From: Felis catus
Taxonomy: Eukaryota
Direction of reading: 5' to 3'
Length of the DNA: 64,000 bases
Assembly: GCF_018350175.1 (NCBI RefSeq)
Contig: NC_058368.1
Coordinates: forward strand, 159,652,001 to 159,716,000
Part shown: piece after piece, positions 13,119-25,335 of the stretch
Layout of the letters: every line of letters starts with the position of its first letter
How positions within the stretch are numbered: position 1 is the first letter of the stretch
Made by a program: the position numbers and the translations under genes
Notes under the pieces: model-generated
Seen by the model: the letters and a program-made list of their open reading frames with translations, nothing else
The model's database searches: none
Told to the model about the DNA's origin: nothing

Positions 13119-13160
13119 GATATAGATATAGATATAGATATAGATATAGATATAGATATA
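13119..13160. repeat. (GATATA)n hexanucleotide microsatellite
   Basis: Seven GATATA units; explains the DIDIDI translation in the ORF track. Confidence 0.97.
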
Positions 13161-14659
13161 TTGATATGGAGAGTCCATGTCCATATGGATATGGAGAGTC
13201 ACAAATACCTCTCTGGATTTAAGTAGCAATTAAGGGAGACAAAGGTGAAAAGCATAAAGGCATAAAAGTATCTCTGAGCCAAGCTACCAGCTTAACTCAA
13301 CTTCTTTGCTCTTGCACAAAGATATATTTCATTTGGCAGTGAGAATATATGTGTGACCAATACAAATGCTGAGGATCTAAAAATCAGCCAGCAATCCCTG
13401 GGCCATTTCAGCTGTGTTTCTACTTCACAAGGCCTCTTGGGGACTGGTGGGAGCAGGTGTGAAGTTCCAGTTTATTAACAAGTTAAGTCAGTATTGCTGT
13501 GCATTTTGAGGGGTCTAATAGACTGGCCAATCTCAATGAATATAGAGTAGTGTTGCACTGGACAGACACAAAAGAAATTAAAATACCACATTATTACTAT
13601 TACAGAGTGACTGGTTAGATGTCTACTATATTCCAGACATTGTGCTAAGTGATTTAGAAGCATCATAAAGTTTGTTAAATTATTTAAATAAATCAGTAAG
13701 TATTTTTTTCTGGATAAAGAACATTGACATTTGTAGCTGACTATGAGGATCCAGCCTATATCTAAGAAAATCTCTAATTTGTCTTCTCTACATAGGAAGT
13801 CTTAATTCCTTGCTTTGCTTTGCCAACAGAGCTTAAAATTTGGACCATGCTATCTGCTGAGTACAGTGTAACCAATGAGGCTGATCCATGAAAAGATTTC
13901 AGAATGTTAACATTGATTTACTGTAATTGAGAGGGCACCAGAAGGAAGAAAATAGAACATTAGGTATTAGTGTTAGACACAACTTTAAGACCTGTTTAAT
14001 CCATCCCCCTAATTTTTAATTGAAAAAAAAAGAATGAGGACCAAAGACATATTGATTTTGTATGGTCTTCCATATTTCCTTATGTATTCATTTTTTGCTT
14101 TCAGCATGGTTCCCAGCCAAATAGAACTCATGTACTGTTCTTGTCCTTTCTAGAATTTGTGGGCTATGTAGCCAGCTCACAGGACTGAGAGGCTAAAAAA
14201 GCCACCAGTCTTTTTAGAACTGGCAGCCATGGAGGATCATACTGGCATATCTTAGAACCACAGCTATTTCTAATTGTGGCTGGCTGGAATGGATTTTGTA
14301 ACTTGGAGGTATTAAAGTTTATTTGGACTAAAATTTATGCATTGTGGCATTGGGATATGATGAAGAATTAAGGACAAAAGAAAATACATGTCAATAATGA
14401 CTCCAATTATCTTGACTTATATTTGTGTCAACTGCATCAAAATAGAGCTTCTCCATTCACAATTATTATTGGAGGGTGGAAGATGGAAAACGACGTCTGC
14501 TAACACATGGATTTCTGATCATTTAGCCCACCATTGAAAAATGTGTAAAGTTCTTTTCTGTTTTCCATTCCTTTTTTAAACAAGGAGAGTAGTTTGAACC
14601 CACATGTTCCAAAGAGAGTCCTAGAAACCAGCCAGCCCCCACAAAGACTATGGAATTCA

Positions 14660-14750
14660 TTCTGAGAAGATTCAGAGGAACATGTTATCTCCAAATATCT
14701 GAAGGCCTATCATGCAGGGAAACCAAGATTTGTTCTTTTGTTGCTAAGGA
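14660..14750 (+). mobile_element. L3/CR1 3'-region fragment
   Basis: tctccaaatatctgaaggcctatcatgcaggg...agatttgttc resembles the L3 block tcttcaaatatctgaagggctgtcatgtggaagag...gacttgttc. Confidence 0.55.
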
Positions 14751-14772
14751 ATAGTATCAATAAGAGGTCCAG

Positions 14773-14950
14773 TTATTGTTGAGTACCCACCAGTATCAGG
14801 CACTGCAAGGGCTTTTAATACATTATCTGCAATTCTTGTATCCACCTCAAAGTAGATAAGGCTAGCCCATTTTATACATGAAAACAAGGGGTGAGGGCAC
14901 AGAGTGGTTAAGCTGTGTTCTCAAAGTCACATTCTGAGTAATTGATAGGA
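14773..14950 (-). mobile_element. MIR
   Basis: ttgagtacccac...caggcactg...cccattttatacatgaaaacaag...ggttaagc...caaagtcaca. Confidence 0.7.
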
Positions 14951-14969
14951 ATTCTAATTAATAGAGGTC

Positions 14970-15780
14970 TCTCTCCACATCAATAGGCCACAATTTCACC
15001 TTTCCATTTGCTCAGGCCAAAAAACTTGAATTCACCTCTGAGTCCTCTTTTTGTCTCACACTCAGTATCTAAGCTTTCAGCAGACTCTATCTGCTCTTCT
15101 TTCAAAATATATTTGAAGTCTGAGTCATTCTCACCACCTCCTCTATCTATTGCCAGCTTTCTCTAAGTGCCCTGCACATCCTATCCGTGTTATTAGATAC
15201 TTTCCTCCAAACTGCCTTCCCAGCTTCTGCTCATGGCCCTGGCTGGTCTGCCTTTAATACAGAAAAGGTAAGTTCAAGTGTATCAGTCCTCTTTTGAAAG
15301 ATATCCAGTGAAATCCTAGCTCAATATGGATAAAAGCCTTATTACTACAGTTGGCTATATAAGACCCTACCCAATCTGGCTGCTCTTACGTCCAGCCTCC
15401 TTGCCACTCCTCAGTAACCCTGGCTTGGGGCCTTTGAACTTGCTGTATCATCTGCCTGAAATGCTCTTCTCTGAAATATCTGATGAGCTTTTCTCACTTC
15501 TACCTCCTTCAGGTTATATTCAAAATCACCATCTTCAGTGAGGCTTTCCTGACCACTCAATTTTAAATTACAATCTGCCTACCGAGCTTTATTTCTTTTC
15601 CTGTAGTACATATCGCCACCTAACAGGCCATACTTTTTAAATTTTTCCTTTAATCTGTCTTCTCTTCTCCTACTACAATGTGAGTTCTATGAGAGCAGGG
15701 TTTTTTTCTGTTTACTTCTGTCTGTCTAGCACCTAAAAAATTTTCTGGCACCTACTAGGCATTCCATAAATGTTGAATAA
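14970..15780 (+). mobile_element. L2a-like LINE 3' fragment (~800 bp)
   Basis: ttgctcaggccaaaaaacttga, ttcaaaatatatttgaa, ttcagtgaggctttcctgacc, aatgtgagttctatgagagcaggg and terminal ataaatgttgaataa occur in L2 order. Confidence 0.85.
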
Positions 15781-16582
15781 GTTACTATGTCCCATGACCA
15801 TGGGGTCCCCCTGAACCACTCTCACTTGAAGACAGACATCACTAAGTCAAGGCCCTCAGCATTATGGAAATACAAACTATCAAGGCTGAAATAATTATCT
15901 GATTTTTCCAAGTAGGACCAATGGGGGGAAACTAAAGGAAACGCAGAAATTTTTCTCAGAGTGGATTCAAAAATGTAGCAGAGCTATATGAAGTCAGGTT
16001 GGAACATAAACCACACATTAGAAATTAGTGTGGGTAAGGGGAGGGATAAATTATTAAACTTAAAAGACCTTCCCAAGCCTGGAATTCTGTGATTCTCAAC
16101 TTTGTTCAACCTTAGTCTGGGCTCATGTTCTGAAGCCATAATATCTTCTCCACCTGGACACTCTGAGCTACCCTCCAGCAGATACAGGGCACAATAGTAT
16201 CTGTTTATGAGGGGCACTGTGCATTTTCCCCTAGCATCAGACTAAAGGTTAGAGAATGAATGAATAAATACCCCATTGTGCCCCAGATCCTAGGGAACAA
16301 GGTAAGTCAGGAGCCAGAGTGAGTCTTTAGGGAAAGTTCATAAGCAAGGCAGCCAGGAAAGTGAGATTGCCTTTTGTGGCTCACATCACTGCATTTTATT
16401 GTCTCTGCAGTATGGTGAGAATTCCTTCCTAGGAGACATTAAAGGGCCTATGTAATCTCTGGAAGTATCTGGAAGACTTTTTGACTGATCATTCCTCCCC
16501 ATATTTAGTACCTTGCAAACAATCTCAAATTTTCTGAACAGATACAATAAAATTAGGCAAAATGATTCTTTCATTTACAATA

Positions 16583-17131
16583 CGGTAGACAATTGAACAT
16601 TGTAGGGGTTAGGAGCATCAATTCCCCACACAGGTGAAAATCTGTGTATAATTTATGACTCCCCAAAAACTTAACTACCAATAACATACTGTTGATTGGA
16701 AGCCTTACCACTAAATAGTTGATTAACATAAGTTTTGCACATTATATGTTATATATGCTATATTCTTTTTTTAATGTGTATTTCTGAGAGTTAGAGAGAG
16801 AGAGAGAGAGAGAGAGAGAGCAGAAGAGGGGCAGAGAGATAGAGGATCCAAAGTGGATCTGTGCTGACAGCAGAAAGCCCAATGCGGGGCTGGAACTCAC
16901 AAACCGTGAGATCATGACCTCAGCCGAAGTTGGACACAACCAACTGAGCCACCCAGGCACCCCATATATACTATATTCTTACAATAATGGAAACCAGGAA
17001 AAAAGAAAATGCAAGAAAATTGCAAGGAAGAGAAAATACATATACATTTCTGTACTATATTTATTGAGAAAAAAAATCCGTGTTATAAGTGGGCCAGCGC
17101 AGTTCAAACCTTTCCTATTCTAATGTCTACT
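16583..17131 (+). mobile_element. Tigger2a/MER8-family TcMar-Tigger element, interrupted by a SINE
   Basis: TA + cggtagacaattgaaca (TIR-like), gaaaatctgtgtataatttatgactccccaaaaacttaactac, and right end ataagtgggccagcgcagttcaaacc. Confidence 0.88.
16768..16963 (-). mobile_element. Can-SINE inside the Tigger2a element
   Basis: 17-bp TSD atatat(g/a)ctatattctt at 16751-16767 and 16964-16980. Confidence 0.97.
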
Positions 17132-20100
17132 TTTTTTTTTCAACTTCTTTTAAATTTTAGGTAGTTAACATGTAGTGTAATATTGATTTCAGGAATAGAA
17201 TTTAGTGATCCATCACTTACACACAACACAACAGTGCTCAACACAGGTGCCCTCCTTATTACCCATCACCCATTTAGCCCATCCCCACTCCCACCTCCCC
17301 TCCAGCAACCTTCAGTTTGTTCTTAATAATTAAAGAGTCTCTTATGGTTTGCTTTTCTCTCTTTTTCCCCCTTCCTCCATGTTCATACATTTTGTTTCTT
17401 AAATTCCACAAATGAGTAAAATCATATGGTATTTGTCTTTTTCTGACTGACTTATCTCGCTTAGCATAATACCCTCTAGCTCCATCCACGTTGCTGCAAA
17501 TGGCAAGATTTCATTCCTTTTTACTGGCTGAGTAATAATCCATTGTACATACATACCACATCTTCTTTTTCCATTCATCAGTCGATGGACATTTGGGCTC
17601 TTTCTATAATTGGATGTTATTCATAATGCTGTCATAAACATCAGGATACATGTACCCCTTCAAATAAGTATTTTTGTATTATTTGGGTAAATACCTAGTA
17701 GCACAATTGCTGGGTCATGGGGTAGTTCTATTTTTCACTTTTTGAGCAACTTCCATACTGTTTCCCAGAGTGGCTACACCAGTTTGCATTCCTACCAATA
17801 GTGTAAGAGGGATTCCCTTTCTCTGCTTCCTCACCACCATCTGTTATTTCCTATGTTGTTAATTTTAGCCATTCTGACAGGTGTGAGGTGGTAGCTCATG
17901 ATTTTGATTTATATTTCCCTGACAATGAGTGATGCTGAGCATCTTTTCATAAGTCTGTTAGCCATCTGGATGTCTTCTTTGGAAATATCTATTGGAAATA
18001 TCTATTCATGTCTTCCCATTTCATCACTGGATTATTTGTTTTTGGGTGTTGAGTTCAATAAGTTCTTTATAGATTTTGGATACTAACCCTCTATCAGTCA
18101 TTTAATTTACAAATATTTTCTCCCATTCTGTAGGTTGCCTTTTAGTTTTCTTGATTGTTTCCTTTGCTGTGTAGAAGATTTTTATCTTGATTAAGGCCCA
18201 ATAGTTCATTTTTGCTGTTCATTTTGCTATTACCGCCTCTGGCATGTCTAGTAAGAAGTTGCTACAGCTGAGATCAAAGAAATTTAATGATTTCCTATCT
18301 CACATTTAGGCCTTTTGTCCATTTTGAATTTATTTTTGTGCATTATGTTAGAAGTGGTTCAGTTACATTCATCTGCATGTTGCTGTCTAGTTTTCCCAAT
18401 GCCATTTGTTGAAAAGACTTTTTTCCATTGGATATTATTTCCTGCTTTGTTAGAGATTAGTTGACCATATAGTTGTGGGTCCATTTCTGCATTTTCTGTG
18501 TTGTTCCGTTGGTCTATGTGTCTTTGTTTTTTTCATTTTTGCCAGTACCATACTGTTCTGATGACTACAGCTTTGTAATATAGCTTGAAATCCAGGACTG
18601 TGATGCCTCCAGCTTTGTTTTTCTTTTCCACAATTGCTTTAGTTATTTGGGGTATTTTGTGACTCCATACAAATTTTAGGATTGTTGATTCTAGCTCTGT
18701 GAAAAATGCTGGTGGATTTTGATAGGATTGTACTGAATATGCAGATTGCTTTGGGTAATGTGGGCATTTTAACAAATATTTGTTTTTCCAACCCATGGGC
18801 ATGGAATGTTTTTCCATTTCTATGTCATCTTCAATTTCTTTCATCTTTCAATTTCTTTCTTTCAAGTTCTATAGTTTTTAGAGTACAGATCTGTTACCTC
18901 TTTGGTTAGGTTTATTCCTCTAAGTATCTTATGGTTTTTGGTGCAGCTGTAAGTGGAATTGATTCCTTTTATTTCTCTTTCTGCTTTTTCATTATTGATG
19001 TATAGAAATGCAATTGACTTCTATATGTTAATTTTATATCCTGTGACTTTGTGGAATTTGAGTACCAGTTCTAGCAATTTTCTTGGTGGAATCTTCTGCA
19101 CCTATTGACAGGATCATATAGTTCTTATCCTTTCTTTTATTAATGTGAGGTATCATCTTGCTTTATTTGCAAATATTGAACCATCCCTGCAGGAATAAAT
19201 CCCACTTGAGTGTGGTGAATAATTCTTTTAATGTACTGTTGGATTAGATTTGCTAGTATCTTGTTGAGAATTTTTGCCTCCATATTCATCAAGGATATTG
19301 GCTTATAATTCTTCTCAATTGGGGTCTTTGTCTGGTTTTGGAATCAAGGTAATGCTGGCCTCATAGAATGAGTTTGCAAGTTTTCCTTCCATTTCTATTT
19401 TTTGGCACAGTTTGAGAAAAGTAGGTATTAACTCTTATTTAAGTGTGTGGAAGAGAGTCACCTGGGTGGCTCAGTCAGTTGAGCATCTGACTTTGGCTCA
19501 GATCATGATCTCACTGTGGGTTCAAGCCCCATGTTGGGCTCTGTGCTGACAACTCTGAGCCTGGAGCCTGCTTTGGATTCTGTGTCTCTTTCTCTCTCTG
19601 CCCCTCCTCTACTTGTGCTCTGTCTCTATCTCTCTAGTTTGTCTGATTAAGTATGGCTCCTCTGGCTTTCTTTGGACATCCATTAGCATTATAGATGGTT
19701 CTCCATCCCCTCACTTTCCATATGCAGGTGTCTTTAAGTCTAAAATGAGTCTTTTATAGACAGCATATTGATGGGTATTGTTTTTTTTTAATCGATTCTG
19801 ATACCCTATGTCTTTTGATTGGAACATTTAGTCCATCTACATTTAGAGTAATTATTGATAGGTATGAATTGTATTACCTCTAAAGTCAGTGTTTCTGAAG
19901 ATTTTCTCTTATCCTTTCTAGTTCCTTTCTAGTTTTTGTTGCTTTTGGTCTTTCTTTCGCACTCAGAGAGTCCCCTTTAATATTTCTTGCAGGGGTGTTT
20001 AGTGATTATGAACTCCTTTCATTTTTGTTTGTCTAGGAAACTCTTTATTTCTTCTTCTATTCTGGATAACAGCCTTGCTGGATAAAGCATTCTTGGCTAC

Positions 20101-22135
20101 ATATTTTTCCCATTCAACGGGTTTAATATATCATGCCATTTCCTTCTGGCCTGCCAGGTGTCTGTGGAGACATCTGCTGCTAACCTGATTTGTCTTCCTT
20201 TGTGTGTTAGGGATTTCTTTTTCCTTGTTGCTTTCAGATTCTTTACTTATCTCTGTATTTTGCAAATTTTACTATGCTATGTCTTGGTATTGGCAACTTT
20301 TATTGATTTTGAAAGGAGTTCTCTGTGCCTCCTGAATTTGAATGCCTATTTCTTTCTCCAGATTAGGGAAGTTTTCAGCTATAATTTTCTCAAATAAGGC
20401 TTCTGCCCCTTTATCTCTCTCTTTTTCTTGGACTCCTATGTTACATATAGTGTTATGCTTTATGGAATCACTGAATTCTTTAAGTCTACATTCATGATCT
20501 AATAGTTTTCATTCCCTGTTCTTTTCATCTTCATTATTTTCCATAATTTTATCTTCTTAACCACTGATTTGTTCCTGTTTCGTCCATCCTTGTGGTCATG
20601 ACATTCAGTCAGGTTTGCATCTTCATTATAGCCCTTTTTATTTTGGCCTGACTGTTTTATAGGACTTTTATCTCTACGGTAGGATTCTCTCTGGTTTCTT
20701 CTAAGCTTTTCTCAAGCCTGCTAATATCCTTATGATTGTTGTTTTAATTTCTGGTTCTGGCATGCTCCCTGGCCATGATCTCTTCTTATTCTTTCTTTTG
20801 GGATGAATTCCTCCATGTTGGCATTTTATCTGGAACTTTGTCTTTTGTGTGTTAGGAAACCATGTGCCTGGCCCTATTTCCAGTAAAGCTGAAGACTTGA
20901 AGCACTCTGTGATGAGTAGATCTGGTGCATTCAGGGGGTTTGCACTGGTCTTCTGGGGGAGGGGTCTGCTGCTTCTCTGGCTCTCAATCTCACTTGCCCT
21001 AGTAAAAAAGGCACTTGCACAGCACCGAGGGACAGAGCTTCATGTGTGTGCTCAAGCCTTCACTGTGTGTGCTATGCTGCTTGCTGAAGTCTGTCCACGC
21101 TGATGGGAGGGGTGAAAAATGGCATCAACCTACTCTCTTCCCTGGAAAGGGGACCTCTGCACTGTTCAGGAAGCTCTCACAGAAGAAGGAACAATCTTCC
21201 CTCTTGTGACCAGGCTTCTGTTGATCCCTGCCTTCACCCTATCTGTGTCTGAGTGGTCTGCAGGCCTAGCAGCACAGTGCTCCTGTGTGTTATATCAGAC
21301 ACATGGCTGGATTTCAAAACTCCGAATTTTAGAGATGAGATGTGGCACAAACATGCACTGAACCCCTGGGAGAGGGTCTCACTAGCTGTGGCTAGTACTA
21401 ATTTGTACCAGAAAAAAAATCTCACGACAGCACAGGAGCTTGGATTTTATGGTAAAGTTTAACAAAAAGGTGGCATCCAGGTTACCTGCCCTCAGCAGGT
21501 GTCTCTGCTCATATGCTAAAGAACAGGGCAGCCCAATGTAGCCTGCTGGCTCTTTTGTCCCCTGAGAGACAGTGCCACCTCTACCAAATGCACTCCAAAA
21601 AGGTGAACTGTCTCTCCCCGCACAGACCAGGGGATCCTCAGAGCATGCTGTCCACTCCTTAGCCTCTGCCCTCCTTCTACACAGGAGTACCACTATGCCT
21701 GCCAGGCTCAACCCAGGCAATGACACGGAGTTCTACATATTCAGACTTTCAGCTCCACTACTTGTAAAAACTTGCAATAATCATCCCCTCTTATTTTCCC
21801 AGCCAATGGTTTTGGAAAGTGTTTTTCTTGTGCAATCCCCTGTGTACTGCTTCCTCTCCTTCCTTCTCTCTCTTTCTTTCTCTATCTCTCTACTGTCTTT
21901 GTGATCAAGGCTTTCTCCTTTCCACAGTACCCATGATTCTTTTCTTCCCCAAATCATGTCTTTGTACCCTATAACTCCCGTGAGATGGCCTCTTTTCTCC
22001 CTCTAGTTGTGTAGTGTGTTCTCTCAGTCCTTAGATCGATTTCCTGGGTGTTCAGAATCATTTAATAATTACCTAGCTGTGTTCGAGGGATGAAGGAGGA
22101 ATAAGGTTTTCCTACTACTCTGCCATCTTAACTCC
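17131..22135 (-). mobile_element. Carnivore L1 with both termini and two internal deletions; non-functional
   Basis: Poly-T/3'UTR at 17131-17400; ORF2 remnants (track ORF 18533-18844 [27 protein letters not shown]); ORF2 start near 19870; ORF1-like region ~19900-20830; 5'UTR ending ...ctactactctgccatcttaactcc. Confidence 0.95.
19455..19635 (+). mobile_element. Can-SINE lacking A-tail and TSD, inside L1
   Basis: gagtcacctgggtggctcag...tgtgctctgtctctatctctct runs directly into L1 sequence tctagtttgtctga. Confidence 0.95.
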
Positions 22136-23775
22136 TTTTTAACTGTATATTGCTTTTTACCTAAGGTTTAGAAAATGTTGAAACTTTCCCCCTTTTTAAT
22201 GAAGGAACAAGAATTTAGGAAGATCACAATCTGTGTAAAAAACCCCATACAATTCCAACTCTCATTTAAACTTTCTTAATTTTAACAGTCATGGCTGTCT
22301 AAAACCAAAGACTTTGCCAATGCAGAGAATATTAAGTACAATTGCCTCTGGTTCTGAACTGAAAGAGAATTAAAATTCTTAAAATGATATTTCATCCCAC
22401 ACTACAGAAGTTTCCTTTTGAAGTTGACATAACTCACACATCAAAACCTCCAACAAAAAACATCATTGGCTGTAAGATACAACTAATTGATTTCAAAATC
22501 TTACCAGGGGTAACACTTCTTTTTCTTATTTTTATAGACCTGAGAAAAAAAATTGTTCTTAAAACAACTGCAGGGTTCGAAATTATCAATTTATTATTGT
22601 ACTCAAAGAATCCTTTGCACAAAGGCACAAAGTGTCTCCTATTTTCTTTTTCTCTTGTCTTCAAACCAAAGATAATAGTCTCAAAGGCAAATGTGAACCT
22701 TGAATGAAAGATAAAGCATACCCAAGGAAGTGAATTTAACAAGGAACAACATGAATCACTAGACTTTTTATAATGAAATTATGCCATATCATAAGTTCTT
22801 TGCTATAAATAAGTATAAAAATGTGAACGATACAAAGATTCAAAAGGCCTATATAACTGACAATAAGCTGAGACTTGGAAACATTTTAGATCTTACTCTT
22901 TGAATGTGACAAAGGTTAAATGGAAAACCCCACCTACAAGAGCAAAAACATTCTTCTATCTTTATCAACTTAATTGCTTTAGATGGTCATGATCTGTGAA
23001 TAAGACAGGTAGTAGAGAACAGACAACGTATTTGACTGTTTAAGCATTATTGTTTCATGCTGCATAGTAAGTATTGAGTAAATATTTGTGGAAATAATGT
23101 TATCTTTACTATTCTTCTGCAAGATACCATTGTCTGTCAACTCTCTACACTGACAAAACTTGTGTGTTCAGGAAGTTCAACCTAGAAAATTCTGAGGGTA
23201 TTAATTTTGCACATGTTTCTGGAAAAATGGTACTCACTTCAGAACTAGAGAACAGACATGAGAACATTAGAAGAAATGAAAGATATCAGCATGGCTTGGG
23301 TTTAAGGGCAATATAGCAGGAGGAGTTCAAGGCCAATGGTCTAGGAATGCATATGATCCAAGCTAATGGCATTTTGTATTAAAACCTCATCCAGTCCAGA
23401 GTTCTGTGTGACTTCCCAGGGAATACGTGGCTCTTCAGCAGAGGGAGAAAGGGAGAGGGAGGACTCTATGTTTACATCGACACATCCCATGGTAACTATT
23501 TTCAGACTATCAGGGCACAGAAATCTCTTTACAAAGATGTAAATGTCTTTGACCAAGACTTGTACAAAAAGAAGAGGTGACATCATCCAAGAGAGACAAC
23601 TCTAAAACATCTACTAGAAGTTCAACTACTTGGGCCTACATAGTTAAAAACTATGACTATGACTATCACCAGCGGCCTTACCAAAATAACGTGACACTTA
23701 ATTTTATTTTAACGTGAAGTAACAGGAAATGGTTTCTAATTCTGCAGTGCTGGGTTTTTTCAGTTTTTGAGTTTT

Positions 23776-23804
23776 TTGTTTGTTTGTTTGTTTGTTTGTT
23801 TGTT
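23776..23804. repeat. (TTTG)n microsatellite
   Basis: Directly visible. Confidence 0.95.
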
Positions 23805-24499
23805 GGGGTGTTTTAAAAATAAATTCCGTGGGATAGAATAAAATGCTGAAGACTTCCCTATAAATCATTCCCCCTTGTGTTTACATTTAAGTGCCTTGCT
23901 ACATTCATCTAACGACTTTAGTCTGTTTTCCTTTCGCAAACTCAGCATGGTTATAAGTACAATAAAGAACAGCATTTCTTCCACCATCACCATCCCAAAA
24001 TAGGCTCAAACAGTGCAAAGATTATATCCTCTTTAAAACTTTCTTATTTCCCTGACACTTTTTATTTTTTACTATTTCTATTAATAAGAATTATTGACTA
24101 CTCTTCCCCAATCTGGATTGGCTTTATTAATTCATGTAGAAATGAATGCCTTTCAAAGCAAAGGCTTCTTGCTTGTCAGCACTTTACTGGTTGGGTGCAT
24201 CTTCCTTGAATGCTTTACTCAGAAATCACTAACAAGAAAATCTGAGGCCTTGAGTTTTCTTGGCAGAGTGGTCACCTGTTTCCTGTCATAATAAATTGTC
24301 CTTTTGGTCTTCAGCTCACTACTTCTTGACAGCTTACTCCTGTCAGGTGAATACATTTTCAAAATAATGGTAGGCAACTGAATCACATTTAATCTGTGAA
24401 AATCAATGCATTTTTAGTGATGCTTTCCAGAGAAAGCTTGAATGTCTGACTTGTCAATATTTAAGATATTTAATTAAACCAGTTACTTGCTTTGAAAAT

Positions 24500-25335
24500 T
24501 GGTGTATTATGAGAAATATTAAGCTTTCCAGTGGAGCATACATCTTAAGGTGGTCAAGAAGCCTCAGTTGTAAGCAAAAGCTCTAGTTGTAAAAAGAATT
24601 CCAGCTAATATATGTAGAAGAAGTGATAGAATTAACAAATTATCACTTTGTAAGCTTTAATGAAATTGTTGATTTTGTCAAGAATTATCAAAGTGGTATT
24701 AAAACCATAAGGCAAAAATGTATGGAGGGATCAGACATCCTTGTAGCACCAAACTACCAGCATACAGATTACTTTCTGGAAGCAAAGAGAAATGCAATAT
24801 TATAATGAATGACTAGGAAGTCACTAATATATACAGTCAAAGCAATGTAATTGGCCAGAAACCCAAATGTGTATCCCATGATGTAATACAGTATGGGATA
24901 CATGACAAAAGCTAGTATTTACTCCTACCAAATTATTTACTGTGATTTAACCAAGCCTTTCCAAAAACATGCAAGACAAATTCAGAAAAATAGCATATTC
25001 TACAGGATAAATGATTCTTTATTTTTGGCAAGTCAGCGTCATGAAAAAGAAAACTCTTTTAAACTAAAAAAAATTTAAATGACACAACTCTGAAATGAAG
25101 TATGTTTTCCTGGATTAGATCCTACTATTGACAAACCAGCTGAAAAGGACATTTTAGGGATAATATTAAAAATTTTGAATTTGGGACAAAGATTAGATTA
25201 TAAGAAGTAATTATTGTTAACTTTCTCAGGTATAATAATTTTAGTGTTCTTATACATTTATAGATATGTAATTTACTTTAGTATGTGTGACATGTGTGAT
25301 GATATCTATCACTTTCCTTAAAATACATCAGTATA
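24500..25335 (+). mobile_element. Old L1M (L1MC-like) 3' region
   Basis: aattccagctaatatatgtagaagaagtgatagaatta and cctggattagatcct...aaaggacattttaggga...attattgttaactttctcaggtataataat resemble L1MC/L1ME 3'UTRs. Confidence 0.65.

Noticed and set aside
22384..22742. Overlapping antisense ORFs of 107 and 102 aa
   Set aside because: No recognisable domain, composition typical of AT-rich non-coding DNA, and no supporting splice signals.
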